Positions 56,109-64,000 of a stretch of DNA of 64,000 bases are shown here, piece after piece. The stretch is taken from the NCBI GenBank assembly GCA_050013475.1, contig JBEKFE010000010.1, positions 64,898-128,897 on the forward strand, given 5' to 3'. This DNA is from Bacteroidales bacterium. Lineage in GTDB: Bacteria > Bacteroidota > Bacteroidia > Bacteroidales > VadinHA17. Positions within the stretch are counted from its first letter, which is position 1. The number at the start of each line of letters is the position of its first letter. Both the position numbers and the translations under genes were made by a program. Under the pieces are notes generated by a model. The model saw only the letters and a list, made by a program, of their open reading frames with translations, had not been told where the DNA came from and made no database searches.

Positions 56109-57599
56109 ATGAAATATGATGTTGTAATAATTGGAAGCGGATTAGGTGGATTACAGTGTGCCTATATTCTTAGCAAGGAAGGATATAACGTATGTGTTCT
56201 TGAAAAAAACAAACAGCTTGGCGGATGCCTCCAGACCTTCAGACGGAACAACACTGTATTTGATACAGGTATGCATTATATTGGAAGCATGGATGAGGGT
56301 CAGGTCCTGAACAGATTCTTCAGGTATTTCAACCTGACAGGGAAACTCAATCTCCGAAGAATGGATGAGAACGGATATGAGATAGTTCAATACAGGGGGA
56401 AAGAATACAAGTTCGCGATGGGGTACGACAATTTCGTCGACACACTTCTGCAGTCATTTCCCAATGAGAAGGAAGCTCTTGTCAGTTATATAAATAAAAT
56501 GAAGGAGATCAGCAGTTCCATAGATCTTTACAACATGAGGGAACTCTCCGACCAGCCCACAAAATATATTAGTTACTACAGTACCGGAATTAATGATTTT
56601 ATAAGTACTATCACAAAAGATCCTGTTCTAAAAAGTGTCCTTTTAGGAGTCTCTCCATCGTACGCAGGAGTAAAGGAGAGGACGCCGATGTACATCCCTC
56701 TTATCATTCATTCATCATATATCGAAAGTGCTTACCGGTTTGTTGGCGGGGGATCTCAGATCAGCGATATCCTGGGGAAATACATTTCCGATAATGGAGG
56801 AACCATTTTAAGACAGGCTGAAGTGACAGATCTGAACTTTGAAGAGGGAAGGCTTAATTCTGTAAAAATTAACAATGACGAGGAAATTGAAGGGAAGTTT
56901 TTTATATCAAATATTCATCCCAAAACTCTGCTAACGTTATCTGATAAGACACCATTCAGACCTGCGTTTAAGAATAGATTGATGAGCATAGAAGACACAT
57001 ACGGGATCTTTAGCCTTTACCTGGCAATGAAAGAAAATACATTCGAATATTTAAACGCTAACTATTACGTTTATAAAACTGACAATGTTTTGGAAGGCAC
57101 AGCATATTCCGATAAAAACTGGCCAAAAGGGTACATGATGCATATATCGCCAAAGCCAGGTGATGAAAAGTTTACAGATGCCATTATTGTAAACACCTAC
57201 ATGAAATGGAAAGATGTTGAACCATGGGAAGAAACTTCGGTAGAACAGAGAGGCGAAGATTACCTGGAATTCAAAAGGCAGAAAGCCGAAAAACTGCTGG
57301 ATGTCATTGAGATGGATTTCCCGGGAATAAGGAACAAGATTAAAGCCTGTTATACTTCAACCCCTCTTACCTATCGTGATTATACCGGTACTCACAAAGG
57401 TTCAATTTACGGATTACTTAAAGACTTTAACGATCCTCTCCGGACAATGCTGCTTCCAAGGACAAGCATAAGGAATCTGCTATTCACCGGACAGAATATT
57501 AACATTCACGGGGTAATTGGGGTCACGATATGTTCAATAATGACTTGCAGCGAATTTGTCGGATCGAAGTATCTACTTAAAAAGATGAGTGAAGCCTGA
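56109..57599 (+). CDS. NAD(P)/FAD-dependent oxidoreductase, phytoene-desaturase (CrtI)-like, paralog 2
   Basis: 496 aa with DVVIIGSGLGGLQCA...LEKNKQLGG. It is collinear with the preceding ORF over its full length. Confidence 0.85.
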   Translation: MKYDVVIIGSGLGGLQCAYILSKEGYNVCVLEKNKQLGGCLQTFRRNNTVFDTGMHYIGSMDEGQVLNRFFRYFNLTGKLNLRRMDENGYEIVQYRGKEYKFAMGYDNFVDTLLQSFPNEKEALVSYINKMKEISSSIDLYNMRELSDQPTKYISYYSTGINDFISTITKDPVLKSVLLGVSPSYAGVKERTPMYIPLIIHSSYIESAYRFVGGGSQISDILGKYISDNGGTILRQAEVTDLNFEEGRLNSVKINNDEEIEGKFFISNIHPKTLLTLSDKTPFRPAFKNRLMSIEDTYGIFSLYLAMKENTFEYLNANYYVYKTDNVLEGTAYSDKNWPKGYMMHISPKPGDEKFTDAIIVNTYMKWKDVEPWEETSVEQRGEDYLEFKRQKAEKLLDVIEMDFPGIRNKIKACYTSTPLTYRDYTGTHKGSIYGLLKDFNDPLRTMLLPRTSIRNLLFTGQNINIHGVIGVTICSIMTCSEFVGSKYLLKKMSEA

Positions 57600-57604
57600 A
57601 AATT

Positions 57605-59308
57605 ATGAAAAGAATCCTGAAATTTTTTATATGGCTGCTGATAGCAATAATCTCAGTTGTGATCTTTTTCACATGCTGGTTGCTTCTTACAGGGATCAGC
57701 CATCCCCCTGTGGTTAAAGAAATGTCTGCTCTCAATATACCGAGGGAACAATTCGGCAAGTCCACTTTTCTTGTCGGGAACAATTGGCTTAGAAAAAGTG
57801 AATCTGGATTATGGGAAATGTATATTGAAGGTGACCCTTTTGACCGTGGTGTTGCTTTTGGTAAGCTTACCAGTGAACTTCTTGCTTACCAGGAATCCGC
57901 CTTTATTGAGCAGATCAGAAAACTGGTTCCCTCACCTGGCTACCTGAATTTTCTGAAATATTTTACGGCCTGGTTTGATCGCAACCTTGATAAGAACATC
58001 CCTGAAGAATACAAGCTGGAAATATATGGTACTTCCTTTTTCTGTTCTCATGATTATGATTTTATAGGTTCAGGTTATCAGAGACAACTGAATTATCATG
58101 CGGCGCATGACATTGGACATGCCCTGCTTGGATTAGATCTTGTGGGATGCACATCATTTTCTGTCTGGAATGGGAAAAGCGCCGATTCAACATTGATCGT
58201 CGGACGGAACTTTGACTTTTATTTGGGACCGAAGTTTGCTGAAAACAAAATAGTTTGCTTTTACAAACCCTCTTCAGGATACAAGTTCATGATGATAAGC
58301 TGGCCCGATATGATAGGAGTGGTTTCCGGCATGAATGAAAAAGGGCTTACTGTGACAATAAATGCTGCCAGATCATCGATTCCTTTACAGGCCGCAACCC
58401 CGGTCACGATACTTGCAAGAGAAATACTTCAATATTCAGAAAACATTGCACAGGCTTATTCGATTGCACTCAAACGTAAAATGTTTGTATCCGAATCGAT
58501 CCTGATAGGATCAGCCTCAGATAATAAATCAGCTATTATTGAAAAATCGCCTGATAAAATTGACATAGTATACCCTGATACCACGCAGATAATCTGTACC
58601 AACCATTTTCAGGGCGAAGCATTCAGGAATGACAGGGTCAATATCGAAAACATACGCGGATCAGACAGCCGGTCCAGATACAACCGGGTCCGTGAGTTGC
58701 TTGCCAGGAAGAATAAAATAGATGTTCCCGGGACTGTCATGATACTTCGGGACAGACTTGGTCAGGGAGATTCAGATCCGGGGATGGGTAATCCTCTCTC
58801 GATTAACCAGCTGATTGCCCATCACTCGGTTGTATTCAAACCGGCAAAGAAGCTTGTATGGGTATCAACATCACCCTACCAGTTAGGTAAATACGTTGCC
58901 TACGATCTCGACAAAATTTTCAAACTCACACCTGAAGAGATAATCTCAGACCACGAAATTTACTCGGCTGAACTGACAATCCCAGCCGATACTTTTCTTC
59001 TTTCAAAAGAGTATCTGGATTTTACTGAATTCAACAGGATGTCCGATCTGCTCAAGCAATATTTAAATACCAAAGAGTCCCTTCCTTCAGGTTTTGAAGA
59101 CAACTATGTTCTTTCAAATCCCCGGTACTACCTTACTTACTCCCGTCTGGCTGATTATTACAGTAAAATAAAGGATTATAAGCGTGCCTCCGGGAACCTG
59201 AGAAAGGCTTTGTCAAAATTGATACCTGGAGCAGATCTGCAAAATAAACTGGTGAAAGAATCTTTAGACCTGCAAAACAGAATTAACCATGCCGATAAAG
59301 GAAATTGA
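57605..59308 (+). CDS. C45-family (acyl-CoA:6-APA acyltransferase-like, Ntn-hydrolase) protein with N-terminal TM anchor
   Basis: 567 aa with a TM helix near the N-terminus. The candidate Ntn nucleophile context is LDLVGCTSFSVWN. A GRNFDF block is present, and the C-terminus has a TPR-like helical tail. Confidence 0.7.
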   Translation: MKRILKFFIWLLIAIISVVIFFTCWLLLTGISHPPVVKEMSALNIPREQFGKSTFLVGNNWLRKSESGLWEMYIEGDPFDRGVAFGKLTSELLAYQESAFIEQIRKLVPSPGYLNFLKYFTAWFDRNLDKNIPEEYKLEIYGTSFFCSHDYDFIGSGYQRQLNYHAAHDIGHALLGLDLVGCTSFSVWNGKSADSTLIVGRNFDFYLGPKFAENKIVCFYKPSSGYKFMMISWPDMIGVVSGMNEKGLTVTINAARSSIPLQAATPVTILAREILQYSENIAQAYSIALKRKMFVSESILIGSASDNKSAIIEKSPDKIDIVYPDTTQIICTNHFQGEAFRNDRVNIENIRGSDSRSRYNRVRELLARKNKIDVPGTVMILRDRLGQGDSDPGMGNPLSINQLIAHHSVVFKPAKKLVWVSTSPYQLGKYVAYDLDKIFKLTPEEIISDHEIYSAELTIPADTFLLSKEYLDFTEFNRMSDLLKQYLNTKESLPSGFEDNYVLSNPRYYLTYSRLADYYSKIKDYKRASGNLRKALSKLIPGADLQNKLVKESLDLQNRINHADKGN

Positions 59309-60581
59309 AAGAAAAAGTACTGATGAAATCAGAGCTTATCAGGAAAAAGCATTAAAAAAACAACTTCAGTATCTGAGAACTCATTCGAAATTTTATCAGA
59401 GACTTTTCAAAACAAACGGGATTGATATAAATAAGATTAAAAGTCTTGAGGAGCTCCGGAATGTGCCTGTTACACGAAAAGAGGATCTTCAGAATCACAC
59501 ATCAGAATTTATCTGTGTTGACAAGAGCAAGATCGTAGATTATCTGACAACTTCCGGTACTTCCGGGAATCCCGTGCCTTTTGTAATGACCGAAAATGAC
59601 CTCAGGAGGCTGGCTTACAATGAGTACCTGGGGTTTAAATGCGCCGGCTGCTCAAAGAAAGATATCTTTCAGCTTATGACCACCATGGACAGGAGATTTA
59701 TGGCAGGTCTGGCATATTTTCTCGGATCAAGAAGGCTTGGTTCCGGAATGATCAGGGTTGGCAACGGGATACTTGAAATGCAATGGGATACAATAAACAG
59801 GTTCTTTCCAACTGTGATTATTGCGGTCCCGTCATTTCTTGTCAGCATCATCGAATATGCTGAAAAGAATGGCATAAATTACAATACCTCATCCATTAAG
59901 AAAGCTGTATGCATAGGCGACTCACTCCGGAATAGTGATTTTTCATTCAATACCCTGGGCAGAAAAATAGATGAAAAATGGCCTGAGATGCAGCTCTATT
60001 CGACCTACGCCTCAACAGAAATGGCTGCCTCCTTCACCGAATGCGAAGCCGGCAAAGGAGGCCATCACCATCCTGAAATGCTCATAGCTGAATTCCTGGA
60101 TGAGAATGATTCCCCTGTCAAAATGGGGGAAACCGGAGAACTTACAATTACAACACTTGGCGTGGAAGGTATGCCACTGCTGCGATTCAAAACAGGAGAT
60201 CTGTGTTCAGGTCACCCTGAGCCATGCACCTGCGGGAGGAATACCATCAGGGTTGGTCCGGTAATCGGCAGAAAAAATCAAATGATAAAATTCAAAGGAA
60301 CAACATTATATCCTCCGGCCCTTTACGATATACTCGAAAATATCGACGGCGTGAAAAACTATGTTGTTGAAGTAACGACAAATCAGATGGGTGTCGATGA
60401 AATACTAATTTATGTAGAAACCGAGATCCCCTCGGAAGCTTTTGAAAAGGTAATAAAGGATCATTTCAGGGCCAGGCTGAGGGTTGCGCCAGCTGTTTCA
60501 TTCAAATCAGCAGAATTTATAAATAAACTGCAATTCCCGGGCACAACCAGAAAACCAGTAAAACTTTTAGACAACAGATAA
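59289..60581 (+). CDS. Phenylacetate-CoA ligase / F390-synthetase-like adenylate-forming enzyme
   Basis: 430 aa. The AMP-binding motif is TSGTSGNPVPF and the later block is YASTE. It overlaps the preceding gene by 20 nt. Confidence 0.85.
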   Translation: MPIKEIERKSTDEIRAYQEKALKKQLQYLRTHSKFYQRLFKTNGIDINKIKSLEELRNVPVTRKEDLQNHTSEFICVDKSKIVDYLTTSGTSGNPVPFVMTENDLRRLAYNEYLGFKCAGCSKKDIFQLMTTMDRRFMAGLAYFLGSRRLGSGMIRVGNGILEMQWDTINRFFPTVIIAVPSFLVSIIEYAEKNGINYNTSSIKKAVCIGDSLRNSDFSFNTLGRKIDEKWPEMQLYSTYASTEMAASFTECEAGKGGHHHPEMLIAEFLDENDSPVKMGETGELTITTLGVEGMPLLRFKTGDLCSGHPEPCTCGRNTIRVGPVIGRKNQMIKFKGTTLYPPALYDILENIDGVKNYVVEVTTNQMGVDEILIYVETEIPSEAFEKVIKDHFRARLRVAPAVSFKSAEFINKLQFPGTTRKPVKLLDNR

Positions 60582-60683
60582 ATATGCCGACTCTTCGCTG
60601 GTATTAATTCAGAGCTCCGGCGGTTACTATTGAATAATTTATTAATAAATTTGTCCTGTCTGACAGTTTAAAAATTAATAGAG

Positions 60684-61268
60684 ATGAAAAGGGTATTACT
60701 TTTTTTCAGCCTACTGCTTATCTGTGGATTTTCAGCAGTCGTCCATGGTCAAAGCAGGAAAATCTCAGATATTAAAAGTGTCGAATGGTTAGGAGTAGAT
60801 TTTACTGCTGCTAAATTCGTACTTGTTCCTGAGAACCCGGTCGTTATCGTTAATAAGTATCTCAGGAAGATCAACACCCTTGTCATTACTGAACAGGCAA
60901 AATTTGATATAAGGAGGTTTTTCGGCATTCCTGAAGTGATAAATAATATTGACCTCGCCAATGATTTCAATGCGAAAATTGACCCGTCAAAAATTGTGAC
61001 AACGAATGGCTACAGTTTCGAAATGGACAAGGTTAGGGAAGTGATACAAAAATATGACGTAAACGATAAGTCGGGTACCGGGATGATTTTTATAGCAGAA
61101 AGTCTTGACAAAGTCAAAAAAACAGGCAGCTATTATGTTTGTTTCTTCGATCTTAAGACTAAAGAAATCATAGAGTGCAAAAAGAAGACAGCGCAGGTTA
61201 GCGGAATCGGTTTCCGTAATTACTGGGCCAGCTCGATTTATGTAATAATGGAGAACTGGAAGGAATAA
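60684..61268 (+). CDS. Hypothetical secreted protein
   Basis: 194 aa with signal peptide MKRVLLFFSLLLICGFSAVVHGQ. It lies inside the pigment cluster. No family recognised. Confidence 0.5.
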   Translation: MKRVLLFFSLLLICGFSAVVHGQSRKISDIKSVEWLGVDFTAAKFVLVPENPVVIVNKYLRKINTLVITEQAKFDIRRFFGIPEVINNIDLANDFNAKIDPSKIVTTNGYSFEMDKVREVIQKYDVNDKSGTGMIFIAESLDKVKKTGSYYVCFFDLKTKEIIECKKKTAQVSGIGFRNYWASSIYVIMENWKE

Positions 61269-61437
61269 GATAAGCCCGGAAGTTCTGATAATCAAATCTT
61301 GCTGCTTTTCGTTCTTCAGGCAAACCCGGTTTAATTCAGGGGGTTTGATTTTAATTTTGTTCGCATTGAACCTGAATAATTTTATCTTAATAAGAGGGAA
61401 GAAGTATTGTAAAAGCAAAGAAATTATTTATAAGAGC

Positions 61438-61863
61438 ATGAATAAAGCACTTTTAATGACTGAGACCCTTATCCGGGTAAGATTCAGTGATGTTGATTCA
61501 ATGGGTGTAGTCTGGCATGGCAAGTATATAAAATATTTCGAGGATGGCAGAGAAGATTTCGGAAAAAAATTCGGGATAGGCTATCTCGATTTTTTCAATA
61601 ATGGGATCCTGGTGCCTGTTGTAAAACTGGATTGTAGTTTTAAAAAACCCCTCAGATTTGGAGATACTGCCCTGGTGGAGACAAGATTTATTGATAGCGA
61701 CGCTGCAAAGACCATTTTTGAATATGTTATTTACAATGAAAAGACCCGGGAAATAGTAGCATCCGGGTCAACAACCCAGGTGTTTATGGATCTTAAACAT
61801 AAATTACTTTTGAATTTTCCCGCATTTTTTCTGGAATGGAAAAATCAGTTAGGGCTGGGCTAG
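61438..61863 (+). CDS. 4HBT/YbgC-type acyl-CoA (acyl-ACP) thioesterase
   Basis: The track ORF starts at 61345. The ATG at 61438 gives MNKALLMTETLIRVRFSDVDSMGVVWHGKYIKYFEDGRE, the typical hotdog thioesterase N-terminus. Confidence 0.8.
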   Translation: MNKALLMTETLIRVRFSDVDSMGVVWHGKYIKYFEDGREDFGKKFGIGYLDFFNNGILVPVVKLDCSFKKPLRFGDTALVETRFIDSDAAKTIFEYVIYNEKTREIVASGSTTQVFMDLKHKLLLNFPAFFLEWKNQLGLG

Positions 61864-61887
61864 GCCAGGGATTTAAGGATTCATAAC

Positions 61888-63030
61888 ATGAGAGACGTCT
61901 TTATTGCCTCAGATAATATTATCACATCGCTGGGATCTACCACTTCTGAAAATGCAGGTCAAATGCTTGCTGGATCAACCGGTATCAGGTATCATGAGGA
62001 TATACGCATTTCCCCTTCACCATTTTACGCCTCATTACTGGATGAATCAATTCTGAGTGTACTGTTTTCTCACTTTGGAGATCCGGATCAGTATACCAGG
62101 TTTGAACAGATGGCGATCTGTTCGGTCAGGGATGCATTAACCAGAACCGGAATAGATATTGAAGATCCCCGCACTGTGTTTATTCTGTCTACCACCAAGG
62201 GTAACATTGACCTGCTTGAAAACGACAAGAGAAAGAGGTTCGGGGATAAAAGGATATATCTCTGGGAAACCGCACGGATTATACAAAAGTTCTTAAACTT
62301 CAGAAATGCTCCGATAATTGTCTCCAATGCTTGCATTTCGGGACTTCAGGCAGTTATTACCGGTTCCAGGCTTATAGGCGCCGGAGTCTATGATAATGCC
62401 GTCATTAATGGAACAGATATCATATCTGAATTTGTTTTTTCAGGATTTAATTCTTTTAAATCGCTCAGTACAGGCCCATGCCGTCCATTTGATGAAACCA
62501 GGGACGGATTATCTCTTGGAGAAGGTTCAGGAACAATTATCCTGACCTCATCCGGGGAATATTCAGATGAAGGGGGATCAGTAATTGTTGGTGAAGGTTT
62601 TATTACAAATGATGCAAACCACATTTCCGGTCCTTCACGTACAGGAGAAGGATTGTACCTCGCGATTAAAAAACTTTTAGATAGAACAACTTCCGAAGTT
62701 GGATTCATATCCGCTCATGGAACAGGTACACTGTTCAATGATGAGATGGAATCCATTGCACTGACAAGGGCAGGACTTCAGGCAGTTCCGGTTAATAGTC
62801 TGAAAGGTTACTGGGGGCATACCCTCGGGGCTGCAGGGATAATCGAATCGATTATGTCTGTTCACTCTCTAAGAAACAATGAATTGTTAAGATCATTCGG
62901 GTATAATAAATCTGGCCTGACAAACCCGATTTCAGTAATAGACACCGTGATCAGAAAAGATTTATCGAATTGTTTAAAGATCGCTTCTGGTTTCGGGGGA
63001 TGTAATGCAGCACTTTTACTTATTAAGTAA
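61888..63030 (+). CDS. Beta-ketoacyl synthase (APE/flexirubin-type KS)
   Basis: 380 aa. Active-site contexts are SNACISGLQAV (Cys), SAHGTGTLFND (His) and GYWGHTLGAAG (His). Confidence 0.85.
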   Translation: MRDVFIASDNIITSLGSTTSENAGQMLAGSTGIRYHEDIRISPSPFYASLLDESILSVLFSHFGDPDQYTRFEQMAICSVRDALTRTGIDIEDPRTVFILSTTKGNIDLLENDKRKRFGDKRIYLWETARIIQKFLNFRNAPIIVSNACISGLQAVITGSRLIGAGVYDNAVINGTDIISEFVFSGFNSFKSLSTGPCRPFDETRDGLSLGEGSGTIILTSSGEYSDEGGSVIVGEGFITNDANHISGPSRTGEGLYLAIKKLLDRTTSEVGFISAHGTGTLFNDEMESIALTRAGLQAVPVNSLKGYWGHTLGAAGIIESIMSVHSLRNNELLRSFGYNKSGLTNPISVIDTVIRKDLSNCLKIASGFGGCNAALLLIK

Positions 63031-63671
63031 TGGATAGCTCCCTCATCGTAAGCGCCTGGAGCTCTGTTACAGAGAACAGGGCAATTGTTGGAAACAAAGT
63101 TGTATTTGAGAATAAGGGGAGAGATCCCATTGTTCTCTTCAAAGATATTTACAATGAGTTTTCAATAAGGTATCCAAAGTTTTTTAAAATGGATAACCTT
63201 TGTAAGCTCGGCTTTCTGACAACAGAGCTGCTGCTTAAAGGCATTAACCTGTCCGACAGGTACCAAAGTGACGAAATAGGAATTATCCTTATGAACTCCG
63301 CTTCGTCAATCGATTCAGACAGGCGTCATCAGGCAACTCTGACCAACAGGGAGAATTATTTTCCGAGTCCATCTGTTTTCGTGTACACTCTCCCAAATAT
63401 TGTGATAGGAGAAATTAGCATCAGGCAGAAAATTTCAGGAGAAGGAAGTTTTTTTATTTCAGAAAGCTTCAATGCCGATTTTCTGGTCAGGTATATAAAG
63501 GAACTTTTCAAAAGAGGGGTGGTTAAGTGCAGTATAGCAGGCTGGATAGAATTTGAGGAAGATAATTTCAGATCATTCCTGTTTTTAGTCGAAAAGGCTG
63601 ACAGATCTGAAACCGGATTTATTAATTTTGAAACTGATAAGATCCGGAATTTATATAAAAGATTATCATAG
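63030..63671 (+). CDS. KS-partner / chain-length-factor-like protein lacking an obvious active-site Cys context
   Basis: 213 aa. Its start overlaps the KS stop (TAATG). The size and position match the small KS-like subunit that follows the KS in aryl polyene clusters. I saw no Cys-His-His contexts. Confidence 0.55.
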   Translation: MDSSLIVSAWSSVTENRAIVGNKVVFENKGRDPIVLFKDIYNEFSIRYPKFFKMDNLCKLGFLTTELLLKGINLSDRYQSDEIGIILMNSASSIDSDRRHQATLTNRENYFPSPSVFVYTLPNIVIGEISIRQKISGEGSFFISESFNADFLVRYIKELFKRGVVKCSIAGWIEFEEDNFRSFLFLVEKADRSETGFINFETDKIRNLYKRLS

Positions 63672-63929
63672 ATGGAAAAGCTTATACACAAACTTAAGGA
63701 AGAAATAATAGCTGCCCTTAATTTATCAGAGATGACGCCTGAAAACATTGACGAAAATGCCCCTTTATTCCTCGAAGGTCTTGGATTGGATTCTATTGAT
63801 GCGCTGGAACTTACCGTGCTTCTTGATAAGAATTATGGCCTTAAGATCAAAACTGCGGAAGAGGGTAAAAAGATTCTTTATTCCGTCAGAACGATGGCTG
63901 ACTTTATCAGCTCCTCCGGGAAGGCCTGA
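63672..63929 (+). CDS. Acyl carrier protein
   Basis: 85 aa. LEGLGLDSIDALEL contains the DS phosphopantetheine attachment motif. It starts immediately after the preceding stop. Confidence 0.85.
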   Translation: MEKLIHKLKEEIIAALNLSEMTPENIDENAPLFLEGLGLDSIDALELTVLLDKNYGLKIKTAEEGKKILYSVRTMADFISSSGKA

Positions 63930-64000
63930 TTACCGGACCTCCCTGATCGACAAAAATTCTTAATTTTGCTTTAAGAGTGAGGTATTAATTTATTGACTGA

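Noticed and set aside
1-64000. Search for CRISPR arrays, tandem repeats, prophage, integrase or transposase genes, rRNA or tRNA
   Set aside because: None was recognised by eye. The only repeated DNA I could verify is the DUF559-flanking pair and the 50521-50672 inverted repeat.

Overview
This window looks like a chromosomal segment of a Bacteroidota genome. It is AT-rich and carries about 60 well-supported genes. Supporting signs are CarboxypepD_reg-type TonB-dependent receptors, a T9SS C-terminal sorting domain on a GH5 enzyme, and TAnnTTTG-type promoter motifs. I recognised no rRNA, tRNA, CRISPR array, integrase or transposase. All family calls come from motifs read in the supplied translations, not from database searches.

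Positions 1-38.4 kb hold mixed envelope and accessory genes: two TonB-dependent receptors, a polysaccharide-deacetylase-like protein, a Cys-rich 4Fe-4S protein, a DUF559 endonuclease-like gene, a lipoprotein ADP-ribosylglycohydrolase, a YncE-like beta-propeller, a DUF1987/SiaC-like protein, YceI, TatA, a LytTR regulator, an M13 metallopeptidase, two methyltransferases, GH30 and GH5 enzymes, and OmpH/Skp.

Positions 38.6-64 kb hold a bipartite flexirubin-type aryl polyene (APE) lipid-pigment cluster that runs off the right edge. It encodes an aromatic amino acid ammonia-lyase, FabG, three KS-type genes, two ACPs, a dehydratase, a thioesterase, a B12 radical SAM enzyme, LpxL-like and PlsC-like acyltransferases, a GT2, an MMPL-acyltransferase-methyltransferase fusion, two CrtI-like oxidoreductases, a C45 acyltransferase-like protein and a PaaK-like ligase.

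The items most worth a second look are:
- A tightly coupled four-gene envelope operon (beta-propeller lipoprotein, two paralogous predicted outer-membrane barrels, a signal-anchored TPR-CHAT caspase-like protease), divergent from a TPR-SpoIIE phosphatase.
- About 160-bp GC-rich nested-palindrome direct repeats that bracket the DUF559 gene exactly.
- A second nested inverted-repeat element at a convergent gene junction inside the pigment cluster.
- A DUF5686/CarboxypepD_reg gene split by a single in-frame TAA.
- A decayed alpha-amylase (GH13-like) remnant.
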